Positions 1 through 8,449 of a stretch of 64,000 nucleotides of DNA are shown in pieces. The position numbers were made by a program, and so were the translations under genes. Within the stretch, counting starts at the first letter, position 1. Every line of letters begins with the position of its first letter. This stretch comes from Methanomicrobia archaeon (GTDB taxonomy: Archaea > Halobacteriota > Bog-38 > Methanoflorentales > Methanoflorentaceae): positions 4,479 through 68,478 of the forward strand of contig JACTTZ010000003.1 in NCBI GenBank assembly GCA_015660915.1, written 5' to 3'. The notes beneath the pieces are model-generated. The model was not told the origin of the DNA, did no database searches, and worked only from the letters and a program-made list of their open reading frames with translations.

Positions 1-35
1 TTCATCCTCAATACAAAACCTACTGTACACGGGGT

Positions 36-1403
36 TTGTGGCCGCCCGATATAACCCCTTACATAGAGTTTGATGAATCAAAAAAACAGATTTCACTGAA
101 ATATCTTCACAGTCCTTTTGACATACATATAAACAAGATATGGAAAGCCCGAATCGATGCAAACTATGAAAGCCCTTCAGTGTATGATTGGCAGAAACAG
201 TGGCACAACATCCGAAATAAGTCTCAATTGCTAACATCTGAGTATATAGAAGCATTTGAAGCGTTGATACTTCAAGACCAAAAAAGATTTAAGAGAAAAG
301 CAAATAAGATCGCGAAGCTCACAGAAGCGATTATTTCCTTTTTAGATGCGGACAGAGAATTTCCGACCAAAATTAATACCGCAATTGACTCAGAAAAGTT
401 CGAAAAAGAACTCAAGGACATCTCGGACTGGGCATCTTTTTGGCGCAGGTTTATCACCCAGCAGCCAACGTCAAGTCAAAATCAGATTAGCTATTTTGAT
501 AGACTTAAATTTGCCATCCAAGACACTTGCAGAGCACTGTTGAGTATGCAAATTGCTTACGACAAAATAGTAGAAGCAACCTTCTCTTACTTCAACGTTT
601 CACGTCTCAAAAATCAGGAAAGAGAGACTTACAACTATTTGTTAAAGATCGTAACTTTTCTTGCCCTAGAACCTGACAAAATAGGTAACATAGCCGCTCC
701 TAAATCAGCGATAAATCAATGGTGGGCTCAGCTGGATAAAAAACGAATTGAAAAGATTAGCGATGTTCTCAACCATCTTGAAAAAGAGCTTCATATGGAA
801 TTTATTAGGCCCTGTTATACAGTTCAACGAGGCGGTCTTCGAGAAACTGCGCTGGGCATGAAGGGGAAAAAATTAGAGCAATTTGATGAAGTTTTTCTCA
901 CGTCTTTGATACAAGGTTTGAGTGATTTAGCTGAAATCGAAATTGATCAGTATTTACTTATGTTCATTGATGATCATAACCGCGTGCAACGGTTTGACGC
1001 GATTTTGCTAACTAAAAGCTGTTTAAGCCACGTAAAAGAATTTAAAGGAACAGCGAAAGAATTCGAATGGGATAATTACAACAAGCCGCGTTTTGTTCCT
1101 TTTCAAGAAGACACGTTACGGTCTCTTCCTGAGGTCACATTCAAAATTGATCCAAGTCTGTTGTTGATGAGGAACATTGTGGTTAATATCTGGCATATAA
1201 CAGAAGTGCGCAGAAGGTTATCTCCAAATGTAGAAGTAGAATCCGCGTGGATGAAAGAATTAGTAGACATTCTTCGTTTGGAATTAAACGACTTTTTAGC
1301 CTCCTTAAAAGCTGAAACTTCCCAAGAAACGTGGAAAGCATACAACGATCTAGTAGAAGCTGTCCTTAGCGGAGATGAATCTTATACATCAGGCTTATTC
1401 TAA
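36..1403 (+). CDS. hypothetical protein on AT-rich island cargo; may start upstream of the window
   Basis: 455-aa ORF with no recognisable catalytic motif. Lys/Glu/Ile-rich and markedly AT-rich compared with core genes. Lies outside (left of) the partial tRNA att-like fragment. Confidence 0.4.
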   Translation: MWPPDITPYIEFDESKKQISLKYLHSPFDIHINKIWKARIDANYESPSVYDWQKQWHNIRNKSQLLTSEYIEAFEALILQDQKRFKRKANKIAKLTEAIISFLDADREFPTKINTAIDSEKFEKELKDISDWASFWRRFITQQPTSSQNQISYFDRLKFAIQDTCRALLSMQIAYDKIVEATFSYFNVSRLKNQERETYNYLLKIVTFLALEPDKIGNIAAPKSAINQWWAQLDKKRIEKISDVLNHLEKELHMEFIRPCYTVQRGGLRETALGMKGKKLEQFDEVFLTSLIQGLSDLAEIEIDQYLLMFIDDHNRVQRFDAILLTKSCLSHVKEFKGTAKEFEWDNYNKPRFVPFQEDTLRSLPEVTFKIDPSLLLMRNIVVNIWHITEVRRRLSPNVEVESAWMKELVDILRLELNDFLASLKAETSQETWKAYNDLVEAVLSGDESYTSGLF

Positions 1404-1603
1404 CAATCTCGTCACTATACACAACTTCGATTTTCTTATTGTGGCCGTATCAACATCGAACTTGCGCTGCTATAGTCGGACTCTATTATGTCTTCGAACG
1501 CACTGTCAACGTTAAACTCAAGAGCGACGCTCTAGCTATGTTTTGCAAGACGTCGGAAAAAGCTGAAGATCGAAAGAGAATGTGATTTGGGGTTATAGCT
1601 CGG

Positions 1604-1921
1604 TTAAACGATACCTTTGCAGACGCACCAGATCTCTCTATCTCTAAATTTAGTAGGGTCGAAAGGCTGAGTATCGTGAGTCAAATCGACTCTTTGAAAG
1701 GTGCTTGAGAAAAGCCTTCGAGCCGTTGAGTATTTTCGTTGCGCATACGGATCGGTGTATTTGCCCAGCAGATAATCACGCAGCGCAATCATATTGTCTT
1801 TGCAAAGCTGGCCGCGCGTCAAGTTCCAAAAAGTCTCCGTACACTTATTCATCCACGGAATTGAAGCCTTGCCGATCCTAGCCACACGAAATGCTCTGTA
1901 ACTTTCCAGCTCTTCTTGCAA
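1604..1921 (-). CDS. hypothetical protein; possibly a remnant of an integrase N-terminal (SAM-like core-binding) domain
   Basis: 105-aa ORF next to the tRNA 3' fragment. Weak resemblance (ALRDYL...STARRLF) to N-terminal helices of tyrosine recombinases. Speculative. Confidence 0.2.
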   Translation of the reverse strand: MQEELESYRAFRVARIGKASIPWMNKCTETFWNLTRGQLCKDNMIALRDYLLGKYTDPYAQRKYSTARRLFSSTFQRVDLTHDTQPFDPTKFRDREIWCVCKGIV

Positions 1922-2056
1922 TATTCAAGGGTAATTAAAGCGAGGTTGTTGGATTCGTTTGAGTTGTTTCTGCCTGAAGATTGTAATGGAGATTCCGACT
2001 TTTATTCAGTTTGCAGACTTGCGTAAAAGAAGCTATTTTTGGGCTTTATATCAAAA

Positions 2057-2108
2057 TTAGCGCCCTGTGGAGGCCACGACGCGGGTTCGAATCTCGCCCT
2101 CGGCCTTT
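2057..2108 (+). repeat. partial tRNA gene, 3' half only (variable region + T-arm GCGGG-TTCGAAT-CTCGC + acceptor 3' strand); probable att site of an integrated element
   Basis: Canonical T-stem/T-loop (GGTTCGAATC) followed by an acceptor 3' strand. No matching 5' acceptor (GCCGAGG) or D-arm within about 100 nt upstream. Confidence 0.5.
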
Positions 2109-2912
2109 GATTTTCTGTTTTCGTTAGAGCTATTAGCTTCGTTTGAAAGAAGAAATGATTTTAGTTCGCTAATCTCCGATTCCAATCTATTAAGCCGCTT
2201 AGTCATCTGATTTTGTTCAAGATTTGCACAAAATTTGCCAACGTGGTCGCCAACAGTAATCGCAAACGCAGGTTCTCCTCCAAGTTCCGTTTTGTAAATG
2301 TTGGCTGTCTTTCCGATTAGTCCTTTGAATTCACGTGGAAGTCGGATCACCGGATATGCGTGAGATGGGGTTGCGCTGTGGGCGCCTATCTTGTGCGTGC
2401 AGATCGGTTGCATACATAGCAGAACGCGCCAAACGTGCATAATTATTGTGATTCGCCGCAGTGCGTTTCAAGGGCTTTTTGCAGCATACCTCGTGCTTTC
2501 GCCACCACGCTTCCGAACGGGCCTCAGAAATCAAAGGAAATCGAAAAAAGAGATAACGGCCTAGGAGATAAGGAATGGGCGATAGGAACACGCTATCAGG
2601 CTATAATCTCTAAGAATGCCCCAATGGTTAACCACGACCAAATAATAATAAAAAAATCACAAAGATTATTGTTCCCCAAAATTGACGTACCGCATATGAA
2701 TCTGCGGCTCTTCGTGATTCGAGAAGTCCTGTCACAGCTACCACTAAAAACTCGCATAGCACAGAAAGAATAAGCATAAAGCTGATAGCACGCGCCATGC
2801 CGGTGCTGACGCCGACGAAACCCGCTTACTCTGGTCTAATGAGCCGCCAAATGCACGTACGCCCTACCTTTGTATTGCTACCGATGGTGTCTACTTTTTA
2901 GCGTACTCCCCA

Positions 2913-5723
2913 GTGATTGCGGACGCGACACTCAAAAACGTCACCCAAGATGATGTCGTCCTCAAAACAATCGAAAAAACGGACTGGACAGAGCTGACGT
3001 CGTCTGAAGTTTGTTACTGGCTTGATCGATATTTTCTTCGCCGCCAAGTCCTACCAGTGACAAGTGAACGCGTAATCCACGATTTCGGCACAAAGAGCCA
3101 CGCTTTTCAGACGACAACAAATCTCCTCGCTGCGCTTTGGCAAGAAGTTGAGTCACAGAGTGTCTATCAGGTAATATACAGCAACTGGGAAAAGTACCTT
3201 CGAATAGTTTACGGGAGTGACGTTTCGGATCAACAACTCTTCATTCGGCACACCTACTTGGCAACACTGGCGAAGCTAATGTCGTGGATGCGTATTAGTG
3301 AAAGTGTAAGCCTGCCACATAGCGATGAAATAATCGAAATACTAGAGGGAAGATTTTTCAGAGTCTATGGGATTGACAACTTTTTAGAAGAGGACTTTTT
3401 TTCGTGGCTTACTCACAAAGAAGCTTCAAAAATAGGCGTTAATGCTGTACGCTGGCTGTTTAGCCTGCTGCAGAACTACAATTTGCACGACTTGTCAGAG
3501 GACGTGCTAAAGACATTATATCAAGAATTGGTAGACCCAGAAACGCGGCACGACCTTGGCGAGTTTTATACGCCAGATTGGTTAGCACATCGCATTGTGA
3601 CGAAACTACTTGATGAGAAACCGGACGGGGCCCTCCTTGATCCTGCATGCGGGTCGGGCACTTTTCTTTATCTCGCCATCAGGGAAAAGCGTGAATGGAT
3701 GTCCGATTCTCCTAAAACCCTGCAACACGTATTAGAGTCGGTATATGGAGCAGATATACACCCTCTTGCCGTGATAATTGCTAAAACAAACTATGTCTTA
3801 GCACTAGGCGATCTGCTGAAAAAGCGAAAAAGCACGATTACAATACCCGTTTATCTGGCAGATACAATTCACTTACCTGAATGGGAAACGCAGCATAAAT
3901 TATCAATGGAGTTCTCGAGCTACCGTGTCGAACTAGATGGAGAAAAAATACGACTGCCCGAACCGCTACTTCAAGACCTCACTCTCTACGATCACGCAAT
4001 TGAGCTGGTAAAGGATTTCGCTGAACAGAATAAGGGCAAAGACGTCGAATCTGGACTTTTTCACAATTTTTTAGAGAAACGACATTTCCCAAAAATAGAC
4101 AATGAAATTCTAGTTGAAGCCCTCTTTGATATGGCGACTATCTTAAAACACTTTATCGAAGCGAACCGTGACACGATATGGGCATATATCCTCAAAAACG
4201 CCTATAAACCATTGTTTTTTATGCAAACGTTCGATTTCGTTGTGGGCAATCCGCCGTGGATAGTGTTACGAACCGCAGAGCCTGCGTATCAAGAGTTCTT
4301 AAAACAACAGGTGATGAAGGAGTACAGATTGTTAACCAAACGCGCAGAGCTGATAACCCATCTGGAAGTAGCCGCTCTTTTTTTAGCAAGAGCGGCAGAT
4401 TTGTATTTGAGACCCAGTGGAAAAATAGCCTTTGTAATTACGAGGAGCATATTTAGCAGCGATCAGCACGACGAACTGCGAAGAGGTACCTTCAGATTAA
4501 GCAATGACCCCGAACAACATCTAGCCTTTCAAGAAGTATGGGATTGTGAAGCAGTTACGCCGCTTTTTAATATCCCTGCATGCGTATTAATCGCAGAAAA
4601 AGGCCAAAATCAAACTCTTTATCCAATCAAAGGGCAAATATTAACTGGAAAACTAAGCCAAAAAAATATGTCACTACAGAGCGCGGCAAAAGAACTGCAC
4701 GTTGAAGATACGCGAATATCACTATGTTTTACTGGGACACGCTCTTTCTGGTCTACTCTTGACTGCAAAGAAAAGAAAGCGGTTAGTCCGTACAAAACGA
4801 AATTCATGCAAGGTGCCACAATCATACCTCGCTCTTCATGGATTGTCGAACCTAGCTCACAAAAATATGGATTTGATGAGTTTCGCCCTATGGTAGAAAC
4901 TGCAGGTTATGCCGTAAAGAAAGCAAAAAAGCCGTATAAGGACTTATTTATAAAAGGCAATATTGAAAGTGACTTCCTTTATACTACACTTTATTCGGAA
5001 GATCTGATTCCTTTTGGACATTTTGACTATCGTTTGACCGTTCTACCCGTTGAACCACAGGCAGATCAATACAAACTTGTTGAATCGGAAGAGGCGCGCT
5101 TGCGCGGGTATTCTGACCTAGCACAATGGGTGGAACGCGCAGAAAAAGAATGGACAAAACGGGGCAGTTCAAAAGTGGGGCGAATGAATGCATTGGAACG
5201 GCTAGATTATCGCCACGGGCTGACAAAACAAAATCCCCAAGCACGGTGGCGAGTAATCTACAACACTTCTGGCACTTATTTAACGGCCGCGGTTATTCAA
5301 AGTGCAGAAGTTAAGAACATATTAGGAGAGAACGACACTAGTACAAAAGGATTTGTTGCAGATCACAAAGTCTACTTTTTCGATCTAAACAACAGAAGCG
5401 AAGCATTTTACTTAGCGTCGATTTTGAATGCACCCATCATCGATAGGCTTATAAAGCCAATGCAGAGCCGAGGGTCGTGGGGGCCGCGAGACATTCACAA
5501 AAAAGTTTTTGAGCTTCCTATCCCGCAATTTGACGCCACGAACGCCGAACATCGCAAGTTGAGCGAATTAGGTGAAGGATGTACGGACAAAGTGCAGAAC
5601 TGGGTGTTAAGCGGAGGAAAAGGAAAAATCAAAAGTATAGGAAAGTTACGCTCAATAGTTCGTGAGATGCTGCAAGAAGAACTAAATGAAATCAATCCGA
5701 TTGTTGTGAGAATTTTGCAGTAG
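2913..5723 (+). CDS. gamma-class N6-adenine DNA methyltransferase, type IIG/IIL-like large single-chain R-M/BREX-PglX-like protein
   Basis: Motifs in order GEFYTP (motif X), LDPACGSGTFL (motif I, AdoMet binding), NPPW (motif IV), followed by a C-terminal region of about 480 aa, presumed TRD. The N-terminal 220 aa have no obvious PD-(D/E)xK nuclease motif. Confidence 0.65.
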   Translation: MIADATLKNVTQDDVVLKTIEKTDWTELTSSEVCYWLDRYFLRRQVLPVTSERVIHDFGTKSHAFQTTTNLLAALWQEVESQSVYQVIYSNWEKYLRIVYGSDVSDQQLFIRHTYLATLAKLMSWMRISESVSLPHSDEIIEILEGRFFRVYGIDNFLEEDFFSWLTHKEASKIGVNAVRWLFSLLQNYNLHDLSEDVLKTLYQELVDPETRHDLGEFYTPDWLAHRIVTKLLDEKPDGALLDPACGSGTFLYLAIREKREWMSDSPKTLQHVLESVYGADIHPLAVIIAKTNYVLALGDLLKKRKSTITIPVYLADTIHLPEWETQHKLSMEFSSYRVELDGEKIRLPEPLLQDLTLYDHAIELVKDFAEQNKGKDVESGLFHNFLEKRHFPKIDNEILVEALFDMATILKHFIEANRDTIWAYILKNAYKPLFFMQTFDFVVGNPPWIVLRTAEPAYQEFLKQQVMKEYRLLTKRAELITHLEVAALFLARAADLYLRPSGKIAFVITRSIFSSDQHDELRRGTFRLSNDPEQHLAFQEVWDCEAVTPLFNIPACVLIAEKGQNQTLYPIKGQILTGKLSQKNMSLQSAAKELHVEDTRISLCFTGTRSFWSTLDCKEKKAVSPYKTKFMQGATIIPRSSWIVEPSSQKYGFDEFRPMVETAGYAVKKAKKPYKDLFIKGNIESDFLYTTLYSEDLIPFGHFDYRLTVLPVEPQADQYKLVESEEARLRGYSDLAQWVERAEKEWTKRGSSKVGRMNALERLDYRHGLTKQNPQARWRVIYNTSGTYLTAAVIQSAEVKNILGENDTSTKGFVADHKVYFFDLNNRSEAFYLASILNAPIIDRLIKPMQSRGSWGPRDIHKKVFELPIPQFDATNAEHRKLSELGEGCTDKVQNWVLSGGKGKIKSIGKLRSIVREMLQEELNEINPIVVRILQ

Positions 5724-5873
5724 TACTCTAGTGACGCGATGCAATAAGATGACGATCATTGGCTGGAATCTCGATGATCGCGTTCCATTTGAGGAGCAAA
5801 AGGAGTTTTTATCCTGTTTTTCATAAACACTTTGGAACAAGCGATTGAACTTGATCCGAGACTTAAGTAGAGC

Positions 5874-6785
5874 CTACTCTTCGGTGAAGAAATCAGAATC
5901 GACTTGTTTTATTTCGTATTCGACGACCTTTGACACCCCGATGCCGTGATCGATCATAAGCTGTGCCAACATATCTCCATTGATAAGAACAACCTTATCC
6001 TCTATTTGCGAGGCATAGTCCGTTGCTTCACGTGAAAAATCAGCCGTAGTAATGAATACGCCTCTGCGTGCGCGCTGACCGTGGAGCGCCCCAACGAACT
6101 TCTGAATCTCCGGTCTGCCGACCGTCGCTTCCCACCTCTTAGCTTGCACGTAGACCACGCCTAACCCCAATGGGTCTTCCTTGATAATGCCATCTATCCC
6201 TTCGTCGCCGCTCTTGCCTAGCGCCTGTCCGGCATCTTTGATTGAGCCGCCATACCCCATCTCAACAAGTAGTTTAACCACTAGTCTCTCAAAAAAGCTA
6301 GGAGAACAGACTTTCAGTTTATCGAGCAGCTCTCTAGCCAAGTTCAGCCTCAGCTCCTGATAGGCATTTTCCATCACCTCAACGGGCGTCTGATCAGGGA
6401 CTTTTGCAGATTCGGCTTCGCCTTCTGTTCTATCTTCTTTTTTCCGCTGCAAGAACCCCACGAATCGCGGATATTGCTTTAAAAACTTGACGTCTATTGT
6501 CTTGGGACTCGCCTTAAGCGCATTTACGCCGTCTTCCGTTATTTTAAAAAAAGAGCGCCTCGTAGAGTCGACCAGCCCTGCTTTTTTTAAGTAAAACAAC
6601 CCCCATCGGACTCTGTTATCAAAAACTTGCTCGTAGCCGCTTGGCAATAGTTCTCTCCTTTCCTGAGTTGATACTTCAAAAACCGAAGCGACGTAGTCGT
6701 ATGCGTCGCTTATCGCGTGCTCTTCCTCATCAGAAGCGTATTGTAAGAGTGGGAGCATTGCTTGTTGGTATTTGGGAATAGCCAT
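5874..6785 (-). CDS. mrr: Mrr-like type IV (modification-dependent) restriction endonuclease
   Basis: N-terminal Mrr_N winged helix (AIPKYQQAMLPLLQ...) plus C-terminal Mrr_cat-like region (GIDGII...VYVQAKRW). Likely true start at the internal Met MAIPKY preceded by GAGGTG. The ORF-track start at 6917 adds a 44-aa Arg-rich extension. Confidence 0.65.
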   Translation of the reverse strand: MAIPKYQQAMLPLLQYASDEEEHAISDAYDYVASVFEVSTQERRELLPSGYEQVFDNRVRWGLFYLKKAGLVDSTRRSFFKITEDGVNALKASPKTIDVKFLKQYPRFVGFLQRKKEDRTEGEAESAKVPDQTPVEVMENAYQELRLNLARELLDKLKVCSPSFFERLVVKLLVEMGYGGSIKDAGQALGKSGDEGIDGIIKEDPLGLGVVYVQAKRWEATVGRPEIQKFVGALHGQRARRGVFITTADFSREATDYASQIEDKVVLINGDMLAQLMIDHGIGVSKVVEYEIKQVDSDFFTEE

Positions 6786-6959
6786 AGCACCTCTTCTCAA
6801 ACATCGTCTCGAAGTATTCTCTGTTCGATATCTCCTAGCTAGATGCAGTAAAACCGTGCGACTGTTAAGACCCCTCAAACTCACAGATTTATTGTGGCGG
6901 TTCTTAAATCGCCGCAAACCAGTTGCTTAGCTGACTTGCTCAGTCTTCTTTGCTTACGT

Positions 6960-7430
6960 TTATTTTTTTTGGCTTGTTTTTTTAGCTTGTGAGATTATCC
7001 GATCGTAATCGCTTTGCGGAATCTGAACCACAGCTTTACCTCTAATAGGGCCAGTCCAGTATGTCTTGTTCGGTAAGAAAGAAAGTCTCAGTATTAAAGG
7101 CTTAAAATCGATGGGTGGTTCAAATACCCTTACAGCTTCCAACCGTAATCTCAACGGAAAAGTTTCATTTGGCGTATTCGGAGGTGTAACGAACAGCTTC
7201 TTGCTGTCTTCGAAGACTGTTGAAGCGATCTCATATTGTGCAACTATCTTCGGTCTTAACGTTTCGCCTGCGCTAATTTCACCTTTCACATAAACTAAGC
7301 ATTGGTCGCCTTTCTTTACTCTGGAGAGCGCATTCTTGTATCGTGCAGAAGCCCCGAGAATATTTGTCTTCTTTGTGATTGTCCAGTTGTCAGAGTTTGT
7401 TACATAGATCCAGTAAGCCATAGCCATCAA
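6960..7430 (-). CDS. EVE (PUA-like) domain protein, putative modified-base reader
   Basis: Starts AYWIYVTNSDNW...; size about 150 aa; PUA-like beta-barrel signature typical of EVE/ASCH proteins. Sits directly beside Mrr. Confidence 0.5.
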   Translation of the reverse strand: MMAMAYWIYVTNSDNWTITKKTNILGASARYKNALSRVKKGDQCLVYVKGEISAGETLRPKIVAQYEIASTVFEDSKKLFVTPPNTPNETFPLRLRLEAVRVFEPPIDFKPLILRLSFLPNKTYWTGPIRGKAVVQIPQSDYDRIISQAKKTSQKK

Positions 7431-7569
7431 ACCGAACCTATGCCCCCGCCGCTATAAAAAAGGCGCGTTGTGCACTTACTTGGGATGCTTGCACTGTTCA
7501 ACGACGAGAGTACCCAGCCAAGTAAAACTCGGCGCACTTGAACACGTAAAAAAAAGAATCGCTTGAATA

Positions 7570-7605
7570 CCCGAGTTTTTCCCGAGTTTTTCCCGAGTTC
7601 TTAGC
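7570..7605. repeat. tandem repeat (cccgagtttttc) x about 3
   Basis: Direct tandem copies are visible in the sequence. Confidence 0.7.
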
Positions 7606-7840
7606 TCCAAAAGTTCCTGTCGTAACCCGTCGGATACCCCCCTCATCCGCTGCTTTCGGGTCGATCGAACGTCTCGTGGCAAGGTCAAATAGATATTAAA
7701 AGCTCGAAATGTTTGCTCGGTTTCGCCATCCAACGCTTCCAAGGCTCGGGATTGTGAGGCTTAGGATTGACACCTACGCGAAGGGCTTTTACATCCATTA
7801 TGTTCTCGAAAATCTCTACAAAGAATTGCCCAAATCCCCG

Positions 7841-7920
7841 TGTTTTTACCGTGTTTTTTCCCTACTTTTACCGACCGTTTGCCGCTGCTTGACCGACACT
7901 TTTTTACCACCTGTTTACCC
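7841..7920. repeat. iteron-like cluster of TTTTACC motifs (at least 4 copies); candidate replication origin of the integrated element
   Basis: Repeated gtgtttttacc / cttttacc / ttttttacc / tgtttaccc within 80 bp in a non-coding stretch near the primase-helicase gene. Confidence 0.35.
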
Positions 7921-8185
7921 TTCCTAAAGACGTTCTGTATGATTCCAAGATACACTTTTCACGTTCGTTCAGCTCAAGGGCAAAGATTCGATCAGAAAAA
8001 GCTTGTGCCCGCTTGACCCTATCGTATCTCGCACTATACCGTTCAAGTTGGCGCAAGGAAAGAGAGAGGCTGTAGGTTTGCCGCAGCTTCTGAAGTGATC
8101 GGGAAGGGCCCATGTCTCGATAAAGGCAAAAAAGCTCATACGCCTTGCTGCGTTCATTGGGTAAACGATCCCATGCTTCGGTCAT
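7904..8185 (-). CDS. hypothetical small protein
   Basis: 93-aa ORF in the island, no motif. Confidence 0.25.
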   Translation of the reverse strand: MTEAWDRLPNERSKAYELFCLYRDMGPSRSLQKLRQTYSLSLSLRQLERYSARYDRVKRAQAFSDRIFALELNEREKCILESYRTSLGRVNRW

Positions 8186-8203
8186 TCAAACGATTCCTTT
8201 ATC

Positions 8204-8449
8204 TCAAGGAGGGCAGCACATAATCGATCTTCTGACGCGGCGAATCTTAATATACCCTGACCGAGCCAATCTGTGAACCCTGTAGTAGAGTTCCTGATAG
8301 GCGGTGTCATAGAACTCTTTGTTGAGATCGGCAAGCGGTACGCACTCTAGATTGTGACCAATAGAAAGCCCCAGAGTGAAACGGGATCTCCTGCAAATCC
8401 GAGCTATGATTTGCTCATCGAGTTCATTGATTTTGTTTTTGTTATTCAC
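8204..8449 (-). CDS. hypothetical small protein (overlaps the primase-helicase start)
   Basis: 81-aa ORF with an 8-nt overlap with the upstream gene, suggesting an operon. Confidence 0.3.
   Translation of the reverse strand: MNNKNKINELDEQIIARICRRSRFTLGLSIGHNLECVPLADLNKEFYDTAYQELYYRVHRLARSGYIKIRRVRRSIMCCPP

Noticed and set aside
2057-2591. Minus-strand ORFs 2057-2440 (127 aa) and 2331-2591 (86 aa)
   Set aside because: They overlap the tRNA-fragment / intergenic zone and are Arg/Ser-rich with no motif. Likely spurious.
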